Shown one piece after another: positions 11,972-25,677 of a stretch of DNA of 64,000 bases. The position numbers were made by a program, and so were the translations under genes. Each line of letters starts with the position of its first letter. The first letter of the stretch is position 1. The DNA lies in NCBI RefSeq assembly GCF_006345805.1, contig NC_043003.1:58156001-58220000 (forward strand), written 5' to 3'. Origin of the DNA: Octopus sinensis. Lineage: Eukaryota. The notes beneath the pieces were generated by a model that saw only the letters and a program-made list of their open reading frames with translations, had not been told where the DNA came from and did no database searches.

Positions 11972-12954
11972 CAATGAATACTCATAATGATGATGACGAC
12001 TAATACTAATATCACCACCACTGCTACTAATACTACTACTACCACCATCATCACCACCAACACTACTACTACTGTTATATTTTATGATTTCGCTTAGGGC
12101 TTGAGTGCACAGCTTCTTATAACAGAAACAGCTGTAAGCTAATGGAGTTGACATTGGTATTGATGTATATATATATTATGTATATGTGTATATATATGTA
12201 TGTATATTTATATGTTTATATGAAAGTATGTATGTATGTAATATATATATATATATGTGTGTGTGTGTGTATATGTGTGTGTGGATATGTATGTATATGT
12301 ACATATATATACGTATATATAAATATATATAAATATAAATATATATTTATATATATACACACACAGACACACACATATATACACACAACATTCATTCATG
12401 CATTATACATATATACGTGCACACGTTGCCTGCGGTTGCTTTTAAAGTATGGTAGAGTTCATTATGGTGACTATAAATCTATGTCAGAGTGAATTTCTTG
12501 TGCTCACCCCACCCATCCCCCCTGTCATCCTTGTTTGATGTGGAATTTTTATTATCATATTCGAAACGCCAGGGATGGAGGAGGGGAGGAAGGGTAGAAC
12601 GAAGAAGGGAGGCAGGCTTTCAGATTTATTGCTTCTCACCTGATCCTTTAAACAGCTCCTCCTTGTTCATCATATTATCCTCCACCCCTCTCCCTCTCTC
12701 TCTCTCTCTTCCTCACTCTTCACTCTCTCTTCTTCATGATGCCATCCATGCCGTGGGCATGATAGTTCTTCTCGCCTTAGGTACCACACCTTCAGCAGAG
12801 GCAAGACACCAATTTGCCTGTTTGAGACTGTCTCTTTCAAATCATTCTCCACACCTGTTTGTAATTATATACAGCTACTTAAATACTAAGATACCATCCA
12901 GCAGTAAATATATATCATATATAAATTATCCTATAATTTAATATATTACAGGAT

Positions 12955-13500
<546 letters not shown>

Positions 13501-14002
13501 TGATCTTCCCACTTTCAGAGGCTTCAGCCTTTTCTCAAAATCTCTGAGATAACTATGCATACAGACATGCGTAGGCAGTATATACACATGTGCATATAGA
13601 AATTCCAGAGGGCTATATACAACTACCAAAGCACCTTGTTTATAACAGAATGGCAATAGGGTTTCTAGTTCAGTTCCAGGTCAGCATGTTTTGGCATGCA
13701 TAGTTTTTTGTTTGTTTGTTTGTTACATCAGATCCCAATGCTGGATGTTCAAAAACCAAATGAAGGTCAGATTTCCAATCCTGGGATCATCCTGATTCCA
13801 GAAAGGTGTAATATGTCCATACAGAGCAAATGTAGACTAAGATACAGGGGTCCTGAGCAGACAATATATGAAATGAGTAAGGGGACAAACAAAAGAAAAG
13901 GCACTCAACACAGTAGTTCAGTAATATAACCCTTAAACAGATGGGTTTCTGCTAGAAGCTTGTGGAACTTAAAGTCACATGGAACTGAATCAAACTATTT
14001 TA

Positions 14003-14049
<47 letters not shown>

Positions 14050-14665
14050 GGCGTTATAAAATCAAAACTGCTGACAAATGGTATAAACACCATCCTGGAG
14101 CTATGACTGAGGGAGAAAATGTGTTGACTTTCTGGGACTTCCTCGTACATACCAACAAAACTATAAAAGCTAATAAACCAGATATTATAAAAGATCAGAC
14201 AAAAAAGGTGTTTTTGTTTATTGACATGAGTATTCCTTGCGATCACAATATAGCGGCAAAAGAATTTGACAAGATCAATAAATATAAAGACTTGCTAATA
14301 GAAACTCAAAAAAGGTGGCATCTCAAGGCGACTACTGTAGGATCTCTAGGAATGATAAAAAAAAAGGTACTGAAACCTATTTGAAAATGATGCCAGGCTT
14401 ACCATCCCTACAGGAAGTGCAAAAAATCATGTTAACTGGAATGACTCCTGTACTGTGAAGAGCATTATCGCTGTGAAAACAACATCCATTCATGAATTTA
14501 TTTATTTATTCATTAATTTTTTTAAATACATATTTTACCTGTGAATTTGCATGTGTAATATGGGGATACATACAATGAACTTATCTGCCCCAGGTGTACG
14601 GAAAACACCCAGTGAGAAATGGAAGAAAATTTGAAGAAATAAGGAGAAAAAAAAATGACAACAAC

Positions 14666-14706
<41 letters not shown>

Positions 14707-14718
14707 TAATAATAATAA
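14050..14718 (+). mobile_element. 5'-truncated R4/Dong-clade non-LTR retrotransposon inserted in (TAA)n
   Basis: Restriction-like endonuclease C-terminus followed by a 3' UTR; (TAA)n on both sides (14003-14049, 14666-14718). Confidence 0.75.
14052..14476 (+). pseudogene. RLE (PD-(D/E)xK) endonuclease domain remnant of an R2-superfamily retrotransposon
   Basis: RYKIKTADKWYKHHP...TFWDFLVHTNKTIKANKPDIIKD...FIDMSIPCDHNIAAKEFDKINKYKDL...GSLGMIKK; after a frameshift in an A-run, GTETYLKMMPGLPSLQEVQKIMLTG. The WY.H.P, WDF, KPD..D, ID, KY.DL and G.LG motifs are typical. Confidence 0.85.
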
Positions 14719-14759
14719 TGTGTGTGTGTGTGTGATCTCCCTCTTCTCTTGATATTTGC

Positions 14760-15040
14760 CTGTTGATTTTAAGTTGAAGAAATAATGGTATTTTTTTGTT
14801 TTTATGCAATCTTGCATGAAAACGTGTCTGGCCATTGAGCTGTTTGTTATTCAAAAGATTAAGAGGACTTATTTGCTTTGCTTAAAAACAGGTGAGTGTT
14901 GGCAACAACAAGAGCTTCCTTCCATTCAGCCATTAAAAACCTGATTCAGCAAAATTGTATTTGACCCATCCATTGCAAGCATATATAAAAAAGGAAAAAA
15001 AAAAAAAAAGAACCATAAAACAGTGGTAATGATGATCATG
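14760..15040 (+). mobile_element. SINE A2 3' half, diverged
   Basis: AAAACGTGTCTGGCCAT...AAAACAGGTGAGTGTTGGCAACA...GACCCATCCATTGCAAGCAT. Confidence 0.55.
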
Positions 15041-15516
15041 GTAGCTTGTGATTTGAAGGAGAGTGATTTTTAGCTACTAATTCTAACAGTCTGAGTGGCC
15101 TGGCCAGCATCTCTTGTTGGTGACTAAAGCAGGAAGAAATGTTAATATTCCTGAATAAATTAGAACTTCTGATCTTTAAGATAAGTGGTCTACCGATAAA
15201 CACTTTCAAGACGCTTCAATCACCATCAATTTCAGTTAGCAGAATAGAAAAGAATTAATTTGTTCTTGTAATCATTGTTGATGTTGTTGATATCGTTATT
15301 GTTGGTGTTATTGCTATTGCTATTGTTGTTGTTGTTGTTGTTGTATGGCCTCAATCAACTCTAATTGAGATTTATTCTCATTGAACCTAAACAATTAAGA
15401 CGTTACTATTTGCATTGATTGCAATAATTTCTCACAAAAATCACCGTTATTCTTGTTGTTGTTGTTGTTGTTGTTACTGCTGCCATTGTTTATGTTGTTG
15501 TTGTTCATTCCTTATC

Positions 15517-15558
15517 GTTTAATTGTTTTTCTTTCTTTCCATTTATTTACAGGTAAGT
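15517..15558 (+). other. Candidate recursive splice site (polypyrimidine tract-TTACAG|GTAAGT)
   Basis: GTTTTTCTTTCTTTCCATTTATTTACAG directly abuts a perfect GTAAGT donor at 15552/15553. Sequence motif only. Confidence 0.35.
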
Positions 15559-16049
15559 TAATGCTGGAATTTTCAATTGAAATCTTTTACAAAGGTCAGC
15601 CGATGTTTGCTGAAGGTCAGTCATGTGCTCTTATCAATCTCTCTCTCCCCCTACTGCACTCTCTCTCCCTCTCCCTCTCTCTCTCTCCCCCTCTCCCTCT
15701 CTCTCTCTCCCCCTTCTCCTTCTCTTTCTCACATGGTCACCATCACCACATTTCTCTGCTACTCACTTTTGACTTTCCAATACTACAGCAGTTACTGCTG
15801 CACCTTTTACTGCTGTTACCATGTGTGTGGGGGGAGGGGTGACTCTGTATATATATATATATATATATATACTTATATACATATATATACTTATATGCAT
15901 AGATGTATATAATTATATGTGTAATGAATTTGTATTGCTTTTCCAGTTGCATCCTTACCATGTCAAGGAGTATGGTAGTAGTTGTATCTTTACAAATCAA
16001 GTTTTGTATATATTTATACACACACACACATATATACACATACACACAC

Positions 16050-16100
<51 letters not shown>

Positions 16101-16360
16101 TATATATATATTACAGTAGCTATGTGCTTCAGGTTATAAGCATGCAGTAACTATCTGCTTCAGGCAATATCTGTGTGTGTGTGTGTGTACGTACACAGGT
16201 ATTTCTCCATGTATCTTTTTATCTTGGTAACTGAGTGCTTCAAAATGCAATCTCGTGAAGCCCTCTCTAACCCATACTGACATAGAAAAATAGATGTAAA
16301 AAAATGGTGTGTACATATATATGTTTGTAGTGTGTATGAGTGTATATGATGATATAGTTA

Positions 16361-16685
16361 AAGCCTGTGGCTTAGTGGTTAGGATATTCAGCTCATGGTT
16401 ATAAGGTCATGAGTTCAATTCCGGACAACGCGTTGTGTCCTTAAGCAAGACACTTTATTTCACATTGCTCCAGTTCACTCAGCTGGCAAAAAATGAGTAA
16501 TGCCCTGTATTTCAAAGGGCCAGCCTCGTCATACTCTGTGTCATGCTGGATCTCCCTGAGAACTATGTTGAGGGTACGAGTGTCTGTGGTGTACTCAGCC
16601 ACTTTGCACGTTAATTTCACGAGCAGGCTTTTCCGTTGTTCAGATCAACTGTATTCCTCATTGCTGTTAACCAATGGAGTGCCAT
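16361..16685 (+). mobile_element. SINE family C (tRNA head plus CORE-like body)
   Basis: A-box TGGCTTAGTGG (16368), B-box GTTCAATTCC (16413), then GCGTTGTGTCCTTAAGCAAGACACT. Confidence 0.85.
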
Positions 16686-17059
16686 TTTTTCTTTTTAAAC
16701 AATGATACAGTTTTTCACTTGAATAAAAAAAATAACACCTAAATAAATAAAATATCTAAAAATAACAAAACAAAAATTTATCTAAAAGTATTATTGTTTA
16801 TTAAATTTTGGTGAAGATTCCAGAAGATGAAAATTATTCTGCATTTCCACCAATACATAATGATGATATTTTTATAGTAAATCATTATATTAATTATTGA
16901 TTTCTATTTTTGCATCATGCATGATTCCTGGACTAACTTTTCTTTTCATGTTAACCTCGTAGGTTCAAAATAATTTAGCTCAAAATCTGATATAAATATT
17001 AGAGGAAATGTGTTTCAAGGATAAAAAAAAAATTAAACTCCAAGGAGAGCACTTAATCA

Positions 17060-17275
17060 AAGTTTCAAATTTTGGTACAAAGCCAATAGTTTTTGAAGAG
17101 TGTGTAAGCTTATTACAGCAACCACAATGTTTGACTGCTACTTACTTACTTTATCGACCCTGAAAGTATGAAAGCAAACTTGACCTTAGCAGAATTTGAT
17201 CTCGGATTTTAAAGAGCTGGCAGAAATGCCATTATGTATTTTATCTGATGTGATAATAATGTAGGAGATTGAGAG
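17060..17275 (-). mobile_element. SINE family B, diverged
   Basis: TTTATCGACCCTGAAAGTATGAAAGCAAACTTGACCTTAGCAGAATTTGA. Confidence 0.65.
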
Positions 17276-17284
17276 GGGAGATTT

Positions 17285-17820
17285 TTTTAGCCCAGCCCAC
17301 TTATGAGTACCTTTCCTTCATTGGACACTAAACTCTGCTTGCGAAGACATGTTGAAGCAAGTGAAATCAAAATCAAATTCAATGACTGACATCTGTGCTA
17401 CTGGAGCGCTAAGAGCACCATCCAAGCATGATCGTTGCCAGCTAACCAGCTTCCGTGCCGGTGGCACTTAAAAAGCCCCATTCGAGCATGATCGTTACCA
17501 GCATTGCCTTACTAGCACGTGAAAAAACATTTGAGTGAGGTCATTGCCAGTGCCTGGACTAGCTCCTATGTAGGTGGCCTGTAAAAAACACCATTTGAGC
17601 ATGGCTGTTGCCAATACCACCTGACTGGCCCTCGTACCAGTGGCATGTAAAAGCACCCACTACACTCTCAGAGTATTTGGGGTTAGGAAGGGCATCAAGC
17701 TGTAGAAACTCTGCCAGATCAGATTGGAGCCTGGTGTAGTCATCTGTTTTGCCAGTCCTCAGTCAAATCGTCCAACCTATGCTAGCATGGAAAGTGGACG
17801 TTAAACGATGATGATGATGA
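17285..17820 (+). mobile_element. RTE-like LINE 3' UTR with internal tandem subrepeats and (GAT)n tail
   Basis: CCAGCCCACTTATG...TGGACACTAAACTCTGCTT matches 38900-38970; 4-5 subrepeats of about 55-60 bp; tail GGAAAGTGGACGTTAAACGATGATG. Confidence 0.8.
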
Positions 17821-18077
17821 AGAAATGATCCAAGTACTCAACTGGTACTTTATTTTATCAACCTTATATGGATAAATGCAAGAGTTGACCTTGGCAGGGT
17901 TTGAACTCAGAATGTAAAGAATCACGAGTAACCACATATGCAGAAGTAAAATGAAAATGTAAGAGGAAATTAGGAAAGCTACTTCAACCAAACCACTATG
18001 CTCTTCTTCCACATAAGAATTTTGTCCAACGCACTGACAATCCAGCCAGTCTACTTCCCTCTTAATAATAATAGTAA

Positions 18078-18830
18078 TAATATTTTTTTCTGCTCTAGGC
18101 ACACGGCCAAAAATTTTGGGGAAGGAGGCCAGTCAATTAGATCGACCCCAGTGTGCAACTGGTACTTAATTTATCAAATCTGAAAGGATGAAAGGCAAAG
18201 TCAACCTCAGCGGAAATTGAACTCAGAATGTAGCAGTAGACAAAATACCACTGAGCATTTTGCCCAGCATGCTAACAATTCTGCCAACTTGCTGCATTAA
18301 TAATAATAATAATAATGATGATGATAATAATAATCATGCTTTCTACAATAGTCACAAGGCCTGAAATTTTGGTGGGAAAGACCTCATCAATTACATTGAC
18401 CCTTGTAATCAACTCATGCTTATCGTCCTGGAAAGGATGGAAAGTAAAGTTGAGCTTGGCTGAATTTGAACCTAGGACATAAAGATGAATGAATTGCTAC
18501 TATGCATCTTGTTCAGTGTGCTAACAATTCTACCAGCTCACCACCTTGAAGGCAAGGTGTCAGCAGAATTTGAACTCAGAATGTAAGGCTGGAAAAAAAA
18601 AACGCAGCTAAGCACTCTGGTCTGGCATGCTAATGATTCTGCCAAGAAGAAGAATTTTCTGATTTAGATACAAGGCTAACAATTGTGATGGGAGGAGGAG
18701 GAGGAGGAGGAAGAGTTGATACTATTGACCCTTTCCCTAGTATTTAACTAGTACTTTATTTAATTGGCTCCCTAAAGGATGAAAATCAAAATTGACCTCT
18801 GTGGAAATTTGAACTCAGAAACATTAGAAC
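18078..18830 (-). mobile_element. Array of four same-orientation SINE B copies (18078-18297, 18333-18548, 18549-18645, 18650-18830)
   Basis: Repeated GAA(A/T)TTGAAC and CTAACAATTCT(G/A)CC motifs. Confidence 0.8.
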
Positions 18831-19439
18831 TGGAAGTATTATCTCAAAACGTTTTGGGTTTCTAAGGAAGATACAAAGCTGTCCGTTTTTCTTGGAGAGA
18901 GGATTCTATAGTTTAGATTGACTCTCTGTGCATGGGTCTCTGCCTTTTTGCTGTATAAATCACGAAAGACCTCAAGGATTTCTGGGATTTTTCCAATAGT
19001 CAAAACTGAGAATTTGGGATTAGCCATTTGACCCAAGATGCCTTTATCCTGCATCATCTTTGGAATAAGTGAGGCGGTTCAGTAATCCTAGCAGACACCA
19101 GTTGATTGTTAACCGAGATAGGACTTAAAAAATCTGATCTACTCAAATTCGGTTCTGTTCTTGTTTCTATAAACAGAGATAGCACTCTGCTAGTCAACCC
19201 CTGTTCCCCCCCCGCCTCCATCTCTCTCTCTCTCCTCTAAAATATAACTGTCCCCTTATCCCTTTTGGTCACCATCCACCACCCTTTATAGAAATCCTGA
19301 TATAACACTAAACATAGGAGTTATTTTATCAAAATAAGCCCTCAAAATAATCCTTGCCAGCAGGAAAAACAAAAAATGTAAAAGAAAAAGAAAAAAACGA
19401 ATATTTGGTTTGTTTTTATTGAATTATTAGAAAGTTTTA

Positions 19440-19985
19440 ACATTTAAAAATGAAATTGCTTTCGTTTACCTCCACTTGTCCATCTCTCTCTCCTTCATTT
19501 TTCACCCGTATTCTCTTTCTTTCTATCCTCCATCTCTCTCTTTCTTTCTTTCCTGAACACTCCTATCTTCTCTCTGAATCTCCTCCTCCCCTCTTTTCTC
19601 TCCCCTGTATTTTCTGTCACTTGGTTTCCTCTCTGTCTCTTTTCTTCTCTCTGCTGGCCTTTCCTTTTCTTTTTCTCTCTCTTTCTTACATCATCCTCAT
19701 CATCGTCTACGCCATTCTCTCTTTCTCTCCTCTCTCATATTTCAGCCTCTGCCACCAGCATCTCCCATGCTCTCCCTCTCTTAAGTCCATCTTCCTCATC
19801 ATTTCCTTCTGTCATTGTCTCACACACTTTCTTTATCTCTATCATCATCATCATCATCATCATCATTTTCATTTCTATTTCTCTCTCCATCATCTTTCAA
19901 CATCCCACCCTTGTTCCTCCACCTCCCCCTTCTTCACCACCGCCATACCTCTACCACTACTACCACCGCCATAGTCACTACCATT
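19440..19985. repeat. CT-rich low-complexity tract
   Basis: Direct reading; explains ORF 19450-19974. Confidence 0.8.
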
Positions 19986-21180
19986 TAATTTCTCTCAAAT
20001 TTATATTGGTTTCAATTTACCATGTGATTCTAATTCCTTATTTTTATTTTATTTCAATTTTCTTCTTCTCTATTTTATTTCAATTTCTCGTTAATTTGAT
20101 TCATAATTAATCTAAAACTGATATTCAATTCATTTCATATGCAGTACCGTCCCACTTTTTCTACAATTACTTTGGTTTGATTTTTAGGTTGTTTTTTTTG
20201 TTTGCATGTGTGTGTGTGTGTGTGTGTGTGTGCATGCACGTAGGGTGGGTAGAGGGTAGGTGAGGGTATTTTAGTAGCTTTTTTTTTATATATAGTTTTG
20301 TGTTAAATTTGTTGATTTTTCTATTTATTATTTTTTCCCAATGAGTTGTGTCTCTACTAATTTAGAATATTGTAAAGTAATCTGGAACCATCCTTGAGAG
20401 AGAGAAAGAGAGAGAGAGAAAAATGAGGGAAAGACAGAGACAGGAATTTCATGTAAGAGAAAGAAATAGAGTAAGTGAAAGGTGTGCAGTGATTTCAAGT
20501 TATTCTTGTTTAAATTAGAAAAAAGTATTCATTCCGACTGGAGTGGATCAACATTTGTGGGCTATGTAGGATTAGCACGGTGTGTTTGCCTTGTCATTTT
20601 TTATAATTCCATTCACATGTAGGATGCATATTAAGGGATATAAATCGACCCAGGTACTTGACTGGTATTACATTTTATCGCGCTCCACCCCAACTTCCAA
20701 AAGGATGGCAGACAAGCAAATTAACCTTGGTGAGATTTGAACTGTGGGTCAAATGTAAATGCTATGATTTTTTTTATTAGTATTTTTAATATTATTCTTT
20801 GTTTTTAGTATTTTTCTGCCCCAGAACAAGAGACAACTCCTATTTCACTTATTATTGCATTGTGATATCAAAAGGCTTGAATTAGCAAGATATTTTATGT
20901 ATAAAGTGGGACCTGGTTTTATTGACCTCTACAAAGTTGAATTTTATAGAAAGCGGTACAATATGGAATCAAAGAAAACTATGGAGAATATATGTCGATA
21001 AGAATGTTTAATAACATCAAAGTGATTTTGTAGGTGTAAATGAATTTAGTTGCAATGAGAAGGCAAAAATATGATGTTTCAGATTAAAGTCCATCGCTGA
21101 TTCTTTTGAACATGGTTCATTGTGTCTCAAATATCAGACATGGCGAATACTGGTCCTTATGACATTTCAGACAGAGATGT

Positions 21181-21352
21181 GGGCACTGGTGTGGCTCTGT
21201 GGTAAGAAATTTGCTTCCCAACCACAAGGTTTTGGGTTCAGTCCCACTGCATGGCACCTTGGGCAAGTGTCTTCTACCATAGCTCTGGGCCAACCAAAGT
21301 CTTGTGAATAGATTTGATTGACAGAAACTGGAAGAAGCCTATTGTGTGTGTG

Positions 21353-21404
<52 letters not shown>

Positions 21405-21653
21405 TATATATGTATATACACATATGTGCACACGTGTGTGTGTATGTGAGAGAGTGTTTGTGCCTCCTCATCTTGACGTAGCATGATAGTTGTAAACAAG
21501 TGTCACTGTCATACAAGGAGAGCTGTTTGTGTCCAATACTCTGCAAAAACATGTCTGGCCATGGGGAAATATCCACTTTGTTTGGAAACAGGTGAAGGTT
21601 GGCAACAAGAAAATATGTTGACCACAGAAAATCTCCCTAGGAATAAAAAATAT

Positions 21654-21686
<33 letters not shown>

Positions 21687-21713
21687 GTGGTGGTGATGAT
21701 AATGATGATGATG
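21181..21713 (+). mobile_element. SINE family A2, full length
   Basis: tRNA-like head GTGGCTCTGTGGTAAG...GGGTTCAGTCCC, CORE-like CACCTTGGGCAAGTGTCTTCTAC, internal microsatellite, RTE-type tail and (GAT)n. Confidence 0.9.
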
Positions 21714-22539
21714 AGGATCTTTTTAATGACCTTTTCTCTTTTCAAAAATTTTTCGTATGCCTCTTAGACTAGTAAAAAGGAGGAGATAAACCTCAAACTA
21801 TAAAACCTTGACCCAGGTGCTTGCAATAGGGTAAATTCTACTAAATGCACCTAAGATGCATATTTAGCAATTTATATTGCAGCTGATGCAGATATGATAG
21901 TTTGGTTTGGTTTCTCATCCCCCCCACCACCACCACAACCACTACCACCACAACCACTACCACCACAACTACAAAATGCAAAGATGTTGCTTCTTTTCTC
22001 CCACATCTGCAGATGTGTATGTTTGATATTTTATATATGTACAAATTATGCAAATATGATGTATATGAAGAAATAAGCTGACGTAAGCAAATATCAAGTT
22101 TAATCTTGTACTCTTTTAACCTGATTTAAACTAAATGAGATTTTATTGAATGCTATTGCAGCTACAAAATATATTTTCTATAATGCAAAGCATATATTTG
22201 TTTGTAAATATACAGATCTAAGCAAGTATATTTGTATATCGACATACAGAGATGCAGGTATGCCTGCAGGTTAAGATGTTTGCTTTCTTATTTTGCTGCA
22301 AGGCCTGCAGTTTTGAGGGTGGGGGGCAAGTCGGTTACATTGACCTCAGTACATCACTGGTACTTTATTTCATCAATCCCTGGAAGGATAAAAAGCAAAG
22401 TTGATCTTGGTAGATTTGTGCTCAGAACATAGAAAAGCCAAAAAAAAAATGTGATTAAGCATCTTCTGTCACCAGCAATACCACTGGACATTACCACCAA
22501 AAACTGCTACTACTACCATCACAACAACACAAGAGTAAA

Positions 22540-22720
22540 GGCTTCTCTATGAAATCACATCCTAGCATCTTAAGGTATAGGAAAGAAGGAAAGGCACATT
22601 GGATAATGTAGTCTTAGATATACAATGTCAGAAAATCAGGATGGTCAAGTCTAAAATGCCTTTGATCAAAAAACTGTTTGTGCAAGGCTAACTTGGAGCT
22701 TGATCAACAAGAATTTCCAC
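22540..22720 (+). mobile_element. SINE-like family D
   Basis: CACATTGGATAATGTAGTCTTAGATATACAATG...GATGGTCA...GCCTTTGATC; also seen at 40430-40660, 49135-49320 and 49975-50175. Confidence 0.6.
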
Positions 22721-22786
22721 TGACAACCTCTATTACACACCACCACCACCACCACTGCCCAACTATTCCAGCAAGAGCCTTCACAG

Positions 22787-23730
22787 CAGTGATTCTTAAC
22801 CAGGGTCCTTATGACGTTTAAGGGTCCTTATGATATATTTTGTTTTATTCTTTTACTTGTTTCAGTCATTTGACTGTGGCCATGCTGGAGCACCACCTTT
22901 AGTCAAGCAAATCGACCCCAGGACTTATTCTTTGTAAGCCTAGTGCTTATTTTATTGGTCCCTTTTGCCTAACCGCTAAGTTACACAATAGCCTCGGTTG
23001 TCAGCAATGGTGGGGTGACAAACACACACATACATACATACATATATGTATATATCACAGGCTTCTTTCAGTTTCCATCTACCAAATCCACTCACAAGGC
23101 TATAGTAGAAGACACTTGCCCAAGGTGCTATGCAGTGGGACTGAACCCGGAAACATATGGTTGGTAAGCAAGCTACTTACCACACAGCCACTCCTGCGCC
23201 TGTTGTTGAAGTTTATGTGCAAAATATTTTACCAAATTTTTATTCAGTTCCTGATAATATCTTTTTATCTTCTTACTTGTTTCAGTCATTAGACTGCGGC
23301 CATGCTGGAGCACTGCCTTGAATTTTTAGTTAACTGAACTCACCCTAGTACTTGTTTCTTTTTAAAACCTGGTACTTATTTTGTTGGGGTTTTTTTTTTG
23401 CCAAACTGCTAAGTTACAGGAACACAAACACACCAACACCGGTTGTCAAATGGTGGTGGGAACAAACACAGACATAAAGACATACATACATATATATATA
23501 TACGATGGGCTTTTCCAGTTTCTGTCTAACCAATCCATTCACAATGCTTTTGGTTGGCGTGAGGCTATAGTAGAACAAGGTGCAACTGAACTCAGAACTT
23601 ACCACACAACCACACCTGTACCTGTAAAAATATAAAGGGATTGTTTTACACTTCAAATGGCTATGAGGGTCCACCTGTGTAAAATATAAATCAAAAAGGT
23701 CCATAGCTAAAAAATGGTTGAGACCTATTG
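22787..23730 (+). mobile_element. hAT-like MITE split by two SINE A1 insertions (22843-23201 and 23262-23623, both minus)
   Basis: TIR-like CAGTGATTCTTAACC (22787) and GGTTGAGACCTATTG (23716); GGGTCC motifs on both sides; the SINEs carry TTTTACTTGTTTCAGTCATT...GGCCATGCTGGAGCAC. Confidence 0.7.
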
Positions 23731-24956
23731 CTTTTACATGGTTGCTCAGCTTGCTAGAATTAGCAGTCAAATCTCTCTCTCTCCCAAATCACAGCCTACC
23801 ATCTTGGTGTCTTAAAAAATGGTCACACTGGATAATTGGTTGCTCAGGGTGGCCATGGTTGGAACAACTTCGATTGTCGGTTGCTCAGTCTCTGGACTAT
23901 CTGGACTAACACCAGCCTTCACCACTATCACCATGACCATGACCACCACCATTGAAATCACACTTAAGCACCATCACCAGTGCCACACTATACCACCACC
24001 AACACAATGATACACCACCACCACCCACATTACTATGCCAGCACCCAGCACCCATATAAGACAGTAAATACCATTGTCTGTTCCAAGAAGCCATGTTGGT
24101 GATAGAAGTGTCACATTCCTCCATGTTCTTCTAAATCTATATAAGTGGTTCTGGGGGGATGTGGGAAGCGGGGTGGTAAGACAGGAATCATTTTTGAGTA
24201 TTAGAGGGTAGGTGATAGATATGATTGGTTCACTGCTGGTGGTGGTGGTGGTAGCGGGGAGGGGTATTGAGGCCGGGGGGGGGGGTTTGTGGATAGATTG
24301 TTCATTTGTTTATTTCTGTCTTCACTCTCCACTCACCAGCCCCATCAAAACATTCTGTTTTTAAAAAACAAAAAAAAACACTACCCCCAACCCCCACCGC
24401 CTCATTACATTCCTCGTACCCCCACCTCTTCCAAACCAAACATATACACTCACATAATTTCTCACACATATGCATACACACTCACAGACACTGACATATG
24501 CACACACCCACATAGACACTCACACACATACATACACATAGACTCACACAGACCCATTCACACACCAGACACTCCCACAACACTCACATTTATACACGCA
24601 TATATATATATCATCATATATATATATATATTAAATACATACATATATACATACCTACATATACACTCTCTCCTATATACCCTTACTCTTAGATACACAT
24701 GCATACACACACTCACATACATATATATATAAACTTTCTCCTGTACACATCTCACACAATCAACTCCTTGACACACACACACACATACACACACGTTCAC
24801 TCTTTCACTTTATCTCTCTCTCTCTCTTCCCCTCTTCTCCCCTCTCTCTTATTCTCATCTATCTCCATCAGATTACCCCAGAAGTTCTACACTAATCAAT
24901 CAGTGTACCAGAGCCACCTGTCTGCCATATTTTGGAGATGTCAACAGCTTCTTCTG

Positions 24957-24989
<33 letters not shown>

Positions 24990-25145
24990 TACATCTCATC
25001 CAAACAAGCACATAAATATAAATACACACACACACATATACACACACTCTTTTTTTCACACCTCTGCTCAAATGTACACAGGCACAGATAAATAGAAAAT
25101 AGATAGCTAGCACTCATGATTTATCATTATTATTATTACTATTAC

Positions 25146-25186
<41 letters not shown>

Positions 25187-25343
25187 TATTATTATTATTA
25201 TGCAGACACAAAGCATCTCACTTTCCCCACACATAGACATATATATTTAGCACATACATACACTTAACACCCAGTTTTTACAAACAAATAATTCACACCA
25301 CAATTTTATATACGGACGTATATGTATTTAATACCAGTAGGTT

Positions 25344-25409
<66 letters not shown>

Positions 25410-25616
25410 ATTTTGAGATTATTTTTGTTAAGTTTTCTAAGAGTTGATATGATTTTCTCTGTGTGTATGTATATATGCGTAATGTATGTGTATGAATGTA
25501 TATGTGTGTATATACATGTATAGAACCATGGAATTATATAGAAATCCATATCTATATAAAAGTAAATATATTTATGTGTGTGAATGTGTGTGTATCGAAG
25601 TATCTATCTATCTATC

Positions 25617-25663
<47 letters not shown>

Positions 25664-25677
25664 ATATATATATATAT

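Noticed and set aside
16361-16430. tRNA genes at SINE heads (also 30271, 42681)
   Set aside because: A and B boxes are present but I see no complete cloverleaf; each runs directly into a SINE body.
18839-19057. 72-aa non-repetitive ORF (also 45551-45766, 60713-60907, and MDKNYPFY... near 63539)
   Set aside because: Lengths are within chance expectation, with no recognisable motif and no consistent exon chain on either strand.
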